DNA from: an uncultured Solirubrobacterales bacterium
Lineage (GTDB): Bacteria > Actinomycetota > Thermoleophilia > Solirubrobacterales > Solirubrobacteraceae
Assembly: GCA_963718935.1 (NCBI GenBank)
Contig: OY970379.1
Span: 2,770,108-2,834,107 of the forward strand
DNA: 64,000 nt
Direction of reading: 5' to 3'
The translations under genes and the position numbers were made by a program. Below are positions 42,489 through 51,622 of the stretch, piece after piece (within the stretch, counting starts at the first letter, position 1; each line of letters begins with the position of its first letter). Below the pieces are notes generated by a model. It worked only from the letters and a program-made list of their open reading frames with translations. It did not search any database and was not told the DNA's origin.

Positions 42489-44885
42489 TTAGGAAAGCTC
42501 GCGCTCTTGCAGGCGCGTCTCATAAGTCTCCAGGATGTCGCCCTCGCGCAGATCCTGGAAGTTGGTGAGCACGATCCCGCACTCGAAGCCGGCCGCGACC
42601 TCGCGCACGTCCTCCTCGAAGCGGCGCAGGCTGGCGATGGTCGTGTCGTAGATGACCGTCCCCTCGCGCACGACCCGTACCCGCGCGCCGCGCGTGACCT
42701 TGCCCTCGGTCACGTACGAGCCCGCGATCGTGCCGATGCGCGACGCTTTGAACAGCTGCCTGATCTCGGCCTGCCCCAGCGGCGTCTCGACCTCGGTCGG
42801 CTCGAGCATCCCCTGCATGGCCGCCCGCAGCTCCTCGATCGCGCGATAGATGACCGAGTAGGACCTGATCTCGACGCCCTCGCGCTCGGCCACCTGTCTG
42901 GCTTCGCCGACGGGCCTGACGTTGAACGCCAGGATCAGGCCGCGCGAGGCCGCTGCCAGCATCACGTCGGACTCGTTGATGCCGCCGACGCCGCGGTGGA
43001 TGATGTTTACGTTGACCTCCTGCTGAGGCAGCTTTGCGATCTCGTCCTCGATCGCCTCCAGCGAGCCGGCTACGTCGGCCTTGACGACCAGCCCCAGCTC
43101 CTTGACGGCGCCCTCCTGGGCGAGCTTGAAGACGTCCTCCAGCGAAACCTTGCGCCCCGAGCGCCTGGCCAACGCCTCCGTCTTCAGGCGGTTCGCGCGC
43201 TCGCCCGCCAGCTGGCGAGCGCGGCGCTCGTTCTCGACCACCCGCACGAGCTCGCCGGCCTCCGGCACGCCGTCGAAGCCGAGCACCTCGACGGGCTGGC
43301 CGGGCATGGCGCCCTTAACCCTGGCGCCTGTGAAGTCGTGCATCGCGCGCACGCGCCCGAAGTGCGCTCCCGCGACCAGCGCGTCGCCGACACGCAGCGT
43401 GCCGCGACCGATCAGGACCGTGACCACCGGCCCCCGACCGGGGTCCAGCTTTGACTCGATCACCGTGCCCGAGGCGAGCGCGTCGCTGTTAGCGCGCAGC
43501 TCCTCTAGGTCAGTGACGACCTGGATCGTGTCGAGCAACGAATCCAGGCCCTGCCTGGTCTTGGCGCTGACGTCGACGAACTCGATGTCCCCACCCCACT
43601 CCGACGGCTGCAGGCCGTGCTGGGTCATCTCGGTGCGCACCCGCTCGGGCTGAGCGCCCTCCTTGTCGATCTTGTTGACCGCGACAACGATCGGCACGTC
43701 GGCCGCCTTGGCGTGGTCGATCGCCTCTTCGGTCTGCGGCTTGACGCCGTCGTCGGCGGCGACCACGATCACAGCCAGGTCGGTCACCTTCGCTCCGCGC
43801 GCCCTCATCGCCGTGAATGCCTCGTGGCCGGGCGTGTCCAGGAAGGTGATCTCCTTGCCGCCGTGCTTGACCTGGTAGGCGCCGATGTGCTGAGTGATGC
43901 CCCCCGCCTCGCCGGCCGCCACCTCGGTCTCGCGGATAGCGTCCAGGAGCGAGGTCTTGCCGTGGTCGACGTGCCCCATGATCGTCACGACCGGCGGGCG
44001 CTCGATGAGATCCTCCTCGGCGTCTTCGAAGACCGGCTCGACCTCGACGTCGTCGGCGGCGTGAACGATCTCGATCCGCTTGTCGAACTCGTCGGCCAGA
44101 ACCTGGATCGCGTCGTCGGAAAGGGTCTGCGTCAGGGTCGCCATCTCACCGAGCGTCATCAGCTTCTTGATCACCTCCGGCACCGGCGCGCCGAGGTACT
44201 CGGCCACGTCCTTGACGGTCGAGCCAGAGTTGATGCGCACGAGATCGGTCTGGAGAATCGCTGCCGTGTCGATCGGCGCGATCGTCTCGTCATAGGTGCC
44301 GCGCCTGCGCCGGCCGCGTCGCGGACGGCGCTGTGGCTGATTGGCCGGCCCGCCCTGCTGTCTACGCGAAGCCTGCGAGTCGATCACCACACGCCGACGC
44401 CCTCCCGGCGCGCCGCTCACCGGCGCCCGCTCGCCCGTTCTCGAGTCGCGTGTCGGGCGTACCCGCTCGGCCGGAGTGCCGGCCGCGCCCTGCTCGCCGT
44501 CGGGCTGTGCGGGAGCGGGCGCCTGCCCGGCCTTCGGCTGAGCGGTCGCCGGCGGCTCGGGCTGGGATGACTGGGGCGACGGCGGCTGCTCGGGGGCCGT
44601 CGCCGGTGCCTCGGGGGGCGTCCGGGCGGCACCGTTGGACGCCTCGACCGACACGGGCTCCGGCTCGGGCACGGCGGGCGCGGATCGCGGGGGCGTCGCG
44701 GTCGCTGTAGCCGTCGCCGCCGGGGCGGCGCCGCCGCCGTCGCCCAAGACGCTCAATGCGGCCGACTCCTCGATCGAAGAGGAAGCCGTCTTCGCCTCCA
44801 CGCCGGCGGCATGCAGCTTCTCGAGCAACTCCTTGCTGGAGAGGCCCTGCTCCTTCGCTATCTCGTGCACGCGCTTACGACTCAT
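42489..44885 (-). CDS. infB: Translation initiation factor IF-2
   Basis: [63 protein letters not shown]. Confidence 0.98.
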   Translation of the reverse strand: MSRKRVHEIAKEQGLSSKELLEKLHAAGVEAKTASSSIEESAALSVLGDGGGAAPAATATATATPPRSAPAVPEPEPVSVEASNGAARTPPEAPATAPEQPPSPQSSQPEPPATAQPKAGQAPAPAQPDGEQGAAGTPAERVRPTRDSRTGERAPVSGAPGGRRRVVIDSQASRRQQGGPANQPQRRPRRGRRRRGTYDETIAPIDTAAILQTDLVRINSGSTVKDVAEYLGAPVPEVIKKLMTLGEMATLTQTLSDDAIQVLADEFDKRIEIVHAADDVEVEPVFEDAEEDLIERPPVVTIMGHVDHGKTSLLDAIRETEVAAGEAGGITQHIGAYQVKHGGKEITFLDTPGHEAFTAMRARGAKVTDLAVIVVAADDGVKPQTEEAIDHAKAADVPIVVAVNKIDKEGAQPERVRTEMTQHGLQPSEWGGDIEFVDVSAKTRQGLDSLLDTIQVVTDLEELRANSDALASGTVIESKLDPGRGPVVTVLIGRGTLRVGDALVAGAHFGRVRAMHDFTGARVKGAMPGQPVEVLGFDGVPEAGELVRVVENERRARQLAGERANRLKTEALARRSGRKVSLEDVFKLAQEGAVKELGLVVKADVAGSLEAIEDEIAKLPQQEVNVNIIHRGVGGINESDVMLAAASRGLILAFNVRPVGEARQVAEREGVEIRSYSVIYRAIEELRAAMQGMLEPTEVETPLGQAEIRQLFKASRIGTIAGSYVTEGKVTRGARVRVVREGTVIYDTTIASLRRFEEDVREVAAGFECGIVLTNFQDLREGDILETYETRLQERELS

Positions 44886-45195
44886 CTCGGTTCACCGATT
44901 CTAGGAGTTGATCGGGCGGGGCCACAGCACAGCGCAGCGCTCGCGCGAGCGCCCCCTTGCGCAGCGCGAGCGCCGCGCAGTCGCGCGAGGGCTCGCCCGC
45001 TGACTCCTCGCGGCAGAGATAGGCGCCACGACCAGGCATCGTGCCTTGGCGGTCGAGCACCGCCCGCCGCCGGCGCGTGTGAGGCTCGGGCACCAGCGCA
45101 ATCCTGACCAGCTCTGGCTTGGGTGCGCTGCGTCCGCAGCCGACGCATCGGCGTCGCGGTTGACGCGCCGTGCCAAGAGCCGCCCCGCGGGCTAT
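44875..45195 (-). CDS. ylxR: YlxR/RnpM-family RNA-binding protein; no canonical start upstream of the conserved N-terminal motif
   Basis: Extending ORF 44875-45093 upstream in frame gives ..PRRRCVGCGRSAPKPELVRIA..GRGAYLC..C...AL.K.ALARALR; canonical position between nusA and infB. Start drawn at candidate ATA 45195. Confidence 0.8.
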   Translation of the reverse strand: MARGAALGTARQPRRRCVGCGRSAPKPELVRIALVPEPHTRRRRAVLDRQGTMPGRGAYLCREESAGEPSRDCAALALRKGALARALRCAVAPPDQLLESVNRDES

Positions 45196-46700
45196 GGCGT
45201 CGGCTCCTCGGCGGCGGCCTCCTCGACGGACTCCTCGGCGATCGGAGCGGGCGCCGAGGTGGCGGACTCCGGAGCCGGGGTCGAGATGGACGGCTCGTTT
45301 GCGGCGGCGAAGGAGTCGTCCTCGATCGCAGCATCCCCCTCGGGTGCCTGGTCGGTCTCGGCGTCGTGGGCAAGCGCGAGCGCATCGCGCGCCTCCTCGG
45401 CGCCTGCGTCCGCTCCTCCGGTCGACCCGTCCGCCTGGGCGTGCAGGTCCGTGATGTTGTCGCTGGCGATCTCCGCCAGCGCCTGATGACTCTCCAGGCC
45501 GCAGTAGCGTGATCCCGGAAGCGAGGCGTTCGGACAGCGCCTGCCGTTCGAGAGGATCGCCGAGCAGCGGCCCGAGACCTCCTCCTCCTCGTAAGCGTGC
45601 TCGGCCTCCTCGGCGGCGAACTCCGTCTCCGAGCGGATGTCCACACGCCAGCCTGTCAGGCGCGCCGCCAGCCGGGCATTCTGGCCCTCGCGGCCGATCG
45701 CCAGCGAGAGCTGGTCGTCGGGAACGATCACGGTCGCCTGCTTGGCCTCGTCGTCGACCAGCACCTCGCGCACGCGCGCCGGCGAGAGGGCCTTGGCGAC
45801 GAACCGGGCCGGCTCGTCGTTGTGAGGGATGATGTCGATCTTCTCGCCCCTCAGCTCCGAGACCACCATCCGCACGCGCGAGCCGCGCGGGCCCACGCAG
45901 GCGCCAACCGGGTCCACGCCATCGGTGTTGGACACGACCGCGATCTTCGAGCGATAACCGGGCTCGCGTGCGACGTTCGCAATTTCCACCAGGCCGTCGG
46001 CGATCTCGGGGACCTCGAGCTCGAACAGCTTCTTGATCAGCTCGGGATCGCGCCTGGAGACAATGATCGAAGGTCCCTTGGTCGAGGGCGAGACCTCCTT
46101 GATGACGGCCTTGATCCGTTGTGAATGGTCGTAGCGCTCGCCGTCGACCTGCTCCGACTTGGGGAGCAGCGCCTCGACGCGTTCGCGTAGCTGCACGAGC
46201 GTGTACCGAGAGTCCGATTGCTGCACGATGCCTGTGATCAGCTCGCCGACGCGGTCGCGGTACTCCTCGTACATCATGTCCCGCTCGGCCTCTCTGATGC
46301 GCTGCAGGATCACCTGCTTGGCGGTCTGCGCGGCGATCCGCCCGAAGTCGTCGGGGGTGACGTCCTGCTCATCGATCTGGTCGCGGTATTCGGCGAACTT
46401 GGCCGGATCGATTTCCGGTTCCTCCGGTTCGCGCATCTCCCCCGTCTCGGGATCGATCGTCGTTTCCTCGTCGATCGTCTCGACGATCAGGTGCGCCTCC
46501 AGACGCTCGGGGATTTTCAGTTCGATCACCCTGAAGTCGGCCGTCTCGCGGTCCATCTCCACGCGCGCGTACTTGGCCGAACCCGGCTGCTTCTTGTAGG
46601 CGGACAAGAGCGCGTCCTCGAGCGCAACCATCAGCTTCTCGGGCTCGATCCCCTTCTCGCGCGCCAGCGCATGCATCGCCTCGAGTATTTCGCGTGACAT
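45192..46700 (-). CDS. nusA: Transcription factor NusA with C-terminal Cys/His motif and acidic tail
   Basis: [22 protein letters not shown]1, SR....[53 protein letters not shown]. Confidence 0.97.
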   Translation of the reverse strand: MSREILEAMHALAREKGIEPEKLMVALEDALLSAYKKQPGSAKYARVEMDRETADFRVIELKIPERLEAHLIVETIDEETTIDPETGEMREPEEPEIDPAKFAEYRDQIDEQDVTPDDFGRIAAQTAKQVILQRIREAERDMMYEEYRDRVGELITGIVQQSDSRYTLVQLRERVEALLPKSEQVDGERYDHSQRIKAVIKEVSPSTKGPSIIVSRRDPELIKKLFELEVPEIADGLVEIANVAREPGYRSKIAVVSNTDGVDPVGACVGPRGSRVRMVVSELRGEKIDIIPHNDEPARFVAKALSPARVREVLVDDEAKQATVIVPDDQLSLAIGREGQNARLAARLTGWRVDIRSETEFAAEEAEHAYEEEEVSGRCSAILSNGRRCPNASLPGSRYCGLESHQALAEIASDNITDLHAQADGSTGGADAGAEEARDALALAHDAETDQAPEGDAAIEDDSFAAANEPSISTPAPESATSAPAPIAEESVEEAAAEEPTP

Positions 46701-46714
46701 GAGTGACGGACTCC

Positions 46715-47209
46715 TTACTCTTCGACCAAATTCGAACGACGGATCTCGGTATACGGGATCGTGACGATCCCGTCCGCGGCGGCGAGCGTCACCTCCTGAT
46801 CGGAGGCGCCGACAAGCTCGCCGGTGAAGTTGCCCCTCGGACGGCGATGACGAACCGACCGTCCGGGATCAGCCGACCGTCCGGGAGCGGCCTGTCCGGG
46901 AGCTGCCTGTCCGGGAGCTGCCTGTCCGGGAGCTGCCAATACCCGGGCCCGACGTCCGATGAAGCGCCGGAAGTGAGCCGGCTTGGTCAGCGGGCGCTCT
47001 GTGCCCGGTGAGGAGACCTCCAACGAGTAGCGCTCGCGCAGCTCGTTCAAGCACGCGCTCACGCGCTCGCACACCTCAACGGTGACACCCTCGGGATGAT
47101 CGATGAAGACGCGCAGTTGACGGCCACCGACCACCTCGGCCAGCAGAACCTCGACATCGGGCTCGCTGTCGGCCAGGCGCTTTTCGATATCGGCTTGCAG
47201 CGCTGTCAT
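46715..47209 (-). CDS. rimP: Ribosome maturation factor RimP with short tandem-repeat insertion
   Basis: LRVFID.P.GVT...C..VS, YSLEVSSPG.ERPL, F.GEL; start ATG 47209. Confidence 0.92.
   Translation of the reverse strand: MTALQADIEKRLADSEPDVEVLLAEVVGGRQLRVFIDHPEGVTVEVCERVSACLNELRERYSLEVSSPGTERPLTKPAHFRRFIGRRARVLAAPGQAAPGQAAPGQAAPGRSADPGRSVRHRRPRGNFTGELVGASDQEVTLAAADGIVTIPYTEIRRSNLVEE
46861..46938. repeat. 15-bp in-frame VNTR GTCCGGGAGCTGCCT x4 (APGQA repeats) inside rimP
   Basis: Units at 46879, 46894, 46909, 46924, plus a related unit at 46861. Confidence 0.9.
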
Positions 47210-47292
47210 CTGTGTTTGCTCACCTCTTCCCGTCTCATTCGCTTCGTTGCCGTCTGCTCGCGCTCCGGTGCCTGCGATCCGGTTCGTGGCGT

Positions 47293-47318
47293 AAAAAAAG
47301 CGGGCTTGCGCCCACTCT
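47293..47318 (-). terminator. Leader terminator/attenuator of the rimP-nusA-infB operon
   Basis: Minus strand GAGUGGGC-GCAA-GCCCGCUU-UUUUU (GNRA loop, U tract) ~85 nt upstream of rimP and downstream of a candidate promoter. Confidence 0.8.
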
Positions 47319-47367
47319 CGGTACTGCCACCGGCGTTCGCACACCGGCTCGAAAGCTCTCTCGATCG

Positions 47368-47376
47368 AGGATAGCA
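47368..47376 (-). promoter_or_regulatory. Extended -10 (TGC-TATCCT) for the rimP operon
   Basis: TGn-TANNNT match just upstream of the leader hairpin. Confidence 0.5.
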
Positions 47377-47417
47377 TCGGGACGGCGGCCCATCATCCCG
47401 TCGGGGTCCCGCGGCCG

Positions 47418-48695
47418 TCATCGGCTCGCACCGAGGCCCGCCGTCCGCGGCGGACGCTCGCGCCCCTCGGCGCGTAGACGCTCGACGGCATCGAGGATCG
47501 CCTCGGCGACCCGGGCCTTGGCGGCGCGCGGCACGTGGCGCTCGCCGGCGGCCGTCACGATCGTGACCTCGTTGTCATCGACCTCGAAGCCGATGTCCGG
47601 CCGCGAAACGTCGTTGACGACGACAGCGTCGAGACCCTTGCCGACGAGCTTGGCGCGGCCCTGCTCGAGCGCGCGCTCACCGTGCTCGGCGGCGAACCCG
47701 ATCAGCGTCTGGTCGGCGCGTCTGTGAGTCGCCAGCTCTGAGATCACGTCGACGGTCGGTTCCAGCTCGACGCTCAGGCCCTCACGACCGGCCTTCTTGA
47801 TCTTGCCGGCCGCGGGCGCGGCCGGCCTGAAGTCGGCGACGGCGGCCGCCATCAAGAGCACATCAGCGGCTGGGAACTCGAGCGTGCAGGCCTCGCGCAG
47901 CTCGGCCGCCGTGCGCACCTCGCGCCAGGCGACGCCGGCCGGCGCCGGCAACGCGACGTTGGCGGCGATCACCGTCACCTCGGCGCCGCGCCCCCGCGCG
48001 GCCTTGGCGAGCGCAAGACCCATCCGCCCCGACGAGCTGTTGCCAACGAACCGAACGCTGTCGATCGGCTCGCGCGTGCCGCCCGCGGTCACGAGCACCT
48101 TGAGGCCGCTCCAAGGCCCCACGCCGTCGAGGGCCGCTTCGCAGGCGCGCATGATCCGGGCCGGGTCGGCCAGACGACCGACGCCGTGCTCGCCGTAGGA
48201 GGCCAGACGCCCGACGTCGGGCTCCACGATGTGGCTTCCCCGCGCGCGCAGCGTGTCCAGGTTGGCCTGGGTCGCCGGATGCTCGTACATGCGGTCGTTC
48301 ATCGCCGGCGCGACCACGAGCGGACAGCGCGCCGCCAGGGCGCAGCTGCTCAACAGGTTGTCGGCCAGACCGTTCGCCAGCTTGGCGATCGTGTTGGCCG
48401 TGGCCGGCGCGATCAGGTACAGCTCGGCGCCGTCCACCAACTCCAGGTGGCTGATTGGCTCGTGCTCGGGCAGCGGCTGCCCGGGGAAAGCCCCCCTCGA
48501 GGGGTCGCGCTCGAACTCACTGACCAGCACCGGCGCGCCCGTCAGCGCCTCGAAGGACGCCGCGCCGACGAAACGCCTGCTCGTGAGCGTCTGCACGACC
48601 CTTACCGAGTGCCCGGCCGCCGTCGCCAGGCGCACCAGCTCGAGCGCCTTGTACGCGGCGATGCCGCCGCTGACGCCGAGCAAGATCTTTGACAT
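47418..48695 (-). CDS. coaBC: Bifunctional phosphopantothenoylcysteine decarboxylase/ligase
   Basis: ILLGVSGGIAAYKA, PATAN.IAKLA.G.ADNLL, APAMN..MY.HP, VTAGGTRE.ID.VRF.GN.SSG.MG, AAVADFRP, GFAAE. Confidence 0.97.
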   Translation of the reverse strand: MSKILLGVSGGIAAYKALELVRLATAAGHSVRVVQTLTSRRFVGAASFEALTGAPVLVSEFERDPSRGAFPGQPLPEHEPISHLELVDGAELYLIAPATANTIAKLANGLADNLLSSCALAARCPLVVAPAMNDRMYEHPATQANLDTLRARGSHIVEPDVGRLASYGEHGVGRLADPARIMRACEAALDGVGPWSGLKVLVTAGGTREPIDSVRFVGNSSSGRMGLALAKAARGRGAEVTVIAANVALPAPAGVAWREVRTAAELREACTLEFPAADVLLMAAAVADFRPAAPAAGKIKKAGREGLSVELEPTVDVISELATHRRADQTLIGFAAEHGERALEQGRAKLVGKGLDAVVVNDVSRPDIGFEVDDNEVTIVTAAGERHVPRAAKARVAEAILDAVERLRAEGRERPPRTAGLGASR

Positions 48696-48757
48696 GACCT
48701 AGGTTTTAGAGTGGCCGAGCCCACCTCGCAAGCCCCGGCCGAGGCGTTGCGGCGAAC

Positions 48758-48985
48758 TCAGCGGTAGGTGTACTTGATCTTTCCGGCGGCTACCTCCTCG
48801 AGGGCGATCGTGAGGTAGTTCTTGGAGGCCGTCTCGACCATCGGCGGCGGGAACTCGTCGAAGGTGCCCTCGCCGAGGTTGTGGTAGTAGCTGTTGATCT
48901 GGCGAGCGCGCTTGGCCGCCACGAGCACGCTGGCGTAGTTGGAGTCGACGTTGTCGAGCAGCTTGTCGATGCGGGGTGAGATCAC
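48758..48985 (-). CDS. rpoZ: RNA polymerase omega subunit
   Basis: P.ID.LL..VDS.Y..V..AAKRARQIN.YY, IAL.E..AGK; GTG 48985. Confidence 0.93.
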   Translation of the reverse strand: MISPRIDKLLDNVDSNYASVLVAAKRARQINSYYHNLGEGTFDEFPPPMVETASKNYLTIALEEVAAGKIKYTYR

Positions 48986-49179
48986 TTGGCTTCGGCCTTT
49001 CTCGGGTTGAAGCTTCGATTGTAGTGGCGGCCACTCCAAACGCGTAGGTGGCTTGCTGGCTGGCTGGCCACTCGCGTGCGCGCGCGAGTCGGGCGTCGGG
49101 CCGGCGATCCTCACATGACCCGGCTCGGCCGGCCAGACCGGGAGGGCGCACGACGAGCGCGCTCTTGAAAGTCGGTGCG

Positions 49180-49207
49180 CTGCGCGCGCGTACGTACGCG
49201 CGCGCAG
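49180..49207. repeat. 28-bp perfect palindrome CTGCGCGCGCGTAC|GTACGCGCGCGCAG
   Basis: Read directly; gmk-rpoZ intergenic; almost entirely RY-alternating. Confidence 0.9.
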
Positions 49208-49223
49208 ATCGGCGTTTTGCGAA

Positions 49224-49778
49224 TCAGTCCAACTCCCCCTCGACGATCTCCGTCAGCTGGGCGAGCGCGTCCTCCAGGCGGTCGTTGACGACCACGTGGG
49301 CGAACTCGGGCTGGGCGGCGAGCTCACCCTCGGCGACCCCCAAGCGGCGCTCGACCTCGGCACCGTCGTCGGTCCCACGTCCGACCAGACGGGTACGCAG
49401 GGCCGCAAGCGACGGCGGGGCGATGAACACCTGGATCGCCTCCGGCAGGGCGACGCGCACCTGCCTGGCGCCCTGGACCTCGATCTCGAGGACGACCGGC
49501 ACTCCGGCCCGCACACGGTCCTCGAGCTCGGAGCGCAGCGTTCCGTAGCTGCGACCGGCGTAGTCGGCGTGCTCGACGAAGGCGCCTTCGTCGACCCTGC
49601 GGTCGAACTCGGCGCGGCTCAGGAAGTGGTAGTCGACCCCGTCGCGCTCTCCCGGTCGAGGTGGACGGGTCGTCGCCGACACCGACAGCTGCAGCCGGGG
49701 CACCCGCTCCATCAAGCCTCTGATCAGCGTCCCCTTGCCGACCCCGGAGGGGCCCGTTATGACGAACAAGCGTGCGAT
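49224..49778 (-). CDS. gmk: Guanylate kinase
   Basis: FVITGPSGVGKGT, SVSATTR.PRPGE.DG.DYHF, YGT, LEIEVQGARQV, FIAPPS, RL.GRGTD, VVND.L; start uncertain (TTG 49769, ATC 49778 or TTG 49850). Confidence 0.95.
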   Translation of the reverse strand: MARLFVITGPSGVGKGTLIRGLMERVPRLQLSVSATTRPPRPGERDGVDYHFLSRAEFDRRVDEGAFVEHADYAGRSYGTLRSELEDRVRAGVPVVLEIEVQGARQVRVALPEAIQVFIAPPSLAALRTRLVGRGTDDGAEVERRLGVAEGELAAQPEFAHVVVNDRLEDALAQLTEIVEGELD

Positions 49779-49892
49779 GGCCTTGACCCTAATGTCGCTA
49801 CCGGCTGGAGCCGCGGTCGTGACCGGGACGACCTGCCGTAACCGGTGCAAGCGAAGCGAACGCAGGCGAGAAGGTCGCCACCGAGCTCTAGA

Positions 49893-50237
49893 TCAGCGGC
49901 GCAAAAGCGAGATCAGCTCGCTGCGCTGGCGATCGGAGAGACCGCCGATCGTCTTGCTCGGCGAGATCCGGCAGTGGGCCAGGATCTTGTTGGTCTTGAC
50001 GCGACCGTACTTGGGGACCGCCAGCAGCATGTCGAAGACCTTCGCGGTCTCGAGGTACTCGGGCGGGTTCAACAGCAGCGCGTGGATCGACAGGCGACCG
50101 GCCTTCAGATCGCGCTTGAGCTGGGCCCGCTTGGTGCGAATGCGGTTCGCCCGGGCAAGCGCGTCCATGCGCTGGTTCAGGGACCGCTCGGGGGCCACAG
50201 TGTGCTTTTGAGGAGCCAAGTCGGTCGCCGTCGCCAT
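49893..50237 (-). CDS. mihF: Actinobacterial integration host factor (mIHF/sIHF)
   Basis: RS..QR..AL..AN..R..RA.LK..LK.G, AKV..ML.AVP.YG.VK...I...CRIS.S..IGGL..RQR..L; directly upstream of gmk as typical in Actinobacteria. Confidence 0.9.
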   Translation of the reverse strand: MATATDLAPQKHTVAPERSLNQRMDALARANRIRTKRAQLKRDLKAGRLSIHALLLNPPEYLETAKVFDMLLAVPKYGRVKTNKILAHCRISPSKTIGGLSDRQRSELISLLRR

Positions 50238-50409
50238 GGGCGGCGAGTCTACACGCCGCGCGACGACGATCAAGGGAAACGCGATTAATTCATCTAAACC
50301 TCGACCTGAGGTTCACCTATGTCGAGGTTCCTGGACGGTGGTGTTGCTCGTTTGCAGGGGTTTTTATCTTCGCATCATTTGGCTGTCCAGCCAGCCCGCC
50401 TGCTTGAGA

Positions 50410-51525
50410 CTAGGCGTCGCGCGAGCCGATCGCGACGCTTCGATCGGCTCGGCCGACAAGCTCCTGGATCGACGCAAAACCGGCCTCGTGGACGCGGCGT
50501 GCCAGGTATCTGTTGACCCGCGCGGGCCAGCCCGGCCCGCCGTAGACGAAGCCGGTGTAGGCCTGCACGAGCGTCGCGCCGGCAGCGATCCGCTCCCAGG
50601 CGTCCTCGGGCGTCGAGACTCCGCCGACCGAGATCAGGACCAGGCGGTCGCCGACGCGATCGTATAGCCGCCGCAGGACCGCGACCGCCCGCCCCCGCAG
50701 CGGCGGGCCCGAGATCCCTCCGCCCTCGATCGCGGCCACCTCGGCGGGTCGCGAGAGGACACCTCGATCGATGGTCGTGTTCACGGCGACGATCCCGTCC
50801 AGCCCAAGCTCGACCGCGAGATCCGCGATCGCGTCCACGTCCTCGTCGGGAAGATCGGGGGCGATCTTGACAAGCAGCGGCGTCTGGAGGCCTGCGTCTG
50901 TCAGCTCCCGACGCACCTCGAGAAGCAGCGGTCGCAGCGAGTCGACCGTCTGCATGTCGCGCAGGCCGGGCGTGTTGGGCGAGCTGACGTTGACGACCAG
51001 GTAGTCGCAGACCGGCGCCAGCTGGCGCACGCTCGCTCGGTAGTCCGCCCCGGCGGACTCGACCGGCGCCGACATGCTCTTGCCGATGTTCGCTCCTACG
51101 ACCAAACCGCCAGGCCGGCGAGCGCCCAGACGTGCGGCGACGGTCTGAGCGCCCGGGTTGGGGAAGCCCATCCGATTCAGGAGCGCCCGGTCGCCCAGGA
51201 TTCGGAACACGCGTGGCCGCGGGTTGCCCGCCTGGGGACGGGCCGTGACGGTGCCGACCTCGACGTGCCCGAAGCCGAGCAGCCCCAGGCCGTCGAACCA
51301 GTCGCCGCCCTTGTCCAGGCCGGCCGCGACCCCGAGCGGTCCGGCAAAGGTCAAGCCGAGCGCCCGGACGCACAGCGCCGGGTCGTGCGGCGCCAAACGT
51401 CGACGCAGCACGGTCGGGCAGCCGGGAATGCGCAAGACGGCGCGCATGGCCAGGACCGCGAGGTTGTGCGCGCCCTCGACGGGAAGCCGCCGCAGCAGCA
51501 GGTCGAACAGGGCGCGGTAGATCAC
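50410..51525 (-). CDS. pyrD: Quinone-dependent (class 2) dihydroorotate dehydrogenase
   Basis: GL.F..P.G.AAGLDK, GFG.VEVGTVT..PQ.GNP.PR.FR, LNRMGFPN.G, NIGK, NVSSPNTPGLR..Q, KIAPDL, NTT, GG.SG.PL, SVGG, AGA.LVQ.YT; GTG 51525. Confidence 0.95.
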   Translation of the reverse strand: MIYRALFDLLLRRLPVEGAHNLAVLAMRAVLRIPGCPTVLRRRLAPHDPALCVRALGLTFAGPLGVAAGLDKGGDWFDGLGLLGFGHVEVGTVTARPQAGNPRPRVFRILGDRALLNRMGFPNPGAQTVAARLGARRPGGLVVGANIGKSMSAPVESAGADYRASVRQLAPVCDYLVVNVSSPNTPGLRDMQTVDSLRPLLLEVRRELTDAGLQTPLLVKIAPDLPDEDVDAIADLAVELGLDGIVAVNTTIDRGVLSRPAEVAAIEGGGISGPPLRGRAVAVLRRLYDRVGDRLVLISVGGVSTPEDAWERIAAGATLVQAYTGFVYGGPGWPARVNRYLARRVHEAGFASIQELVGRADRSVAIGSRDA

Positions 51526-51622
51526 GGGCGGCGGGTAATCGGACCCGAGACCGAGTACCCCCGTGGGCCGCGGCGCCCGGCAATTGCCGTCGCTTCCATG
51601 GACGTCGCCCTCGCGGGCGCGC

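Noticed and set aside
46861-46938. rimP VNTR as a phase-variation switch
   Set aside because: The unit is 15 bp, so copy change keeps the frame; treated as one of the loop insertions.
49769-49850. Non-canonical ATC start for gmk (ATC GCA CGC, MAR..)
   Set aside because: In-frame TTG codons at 49769 and 49850 provide canonical alternatives, so the case is unresolved and weak.
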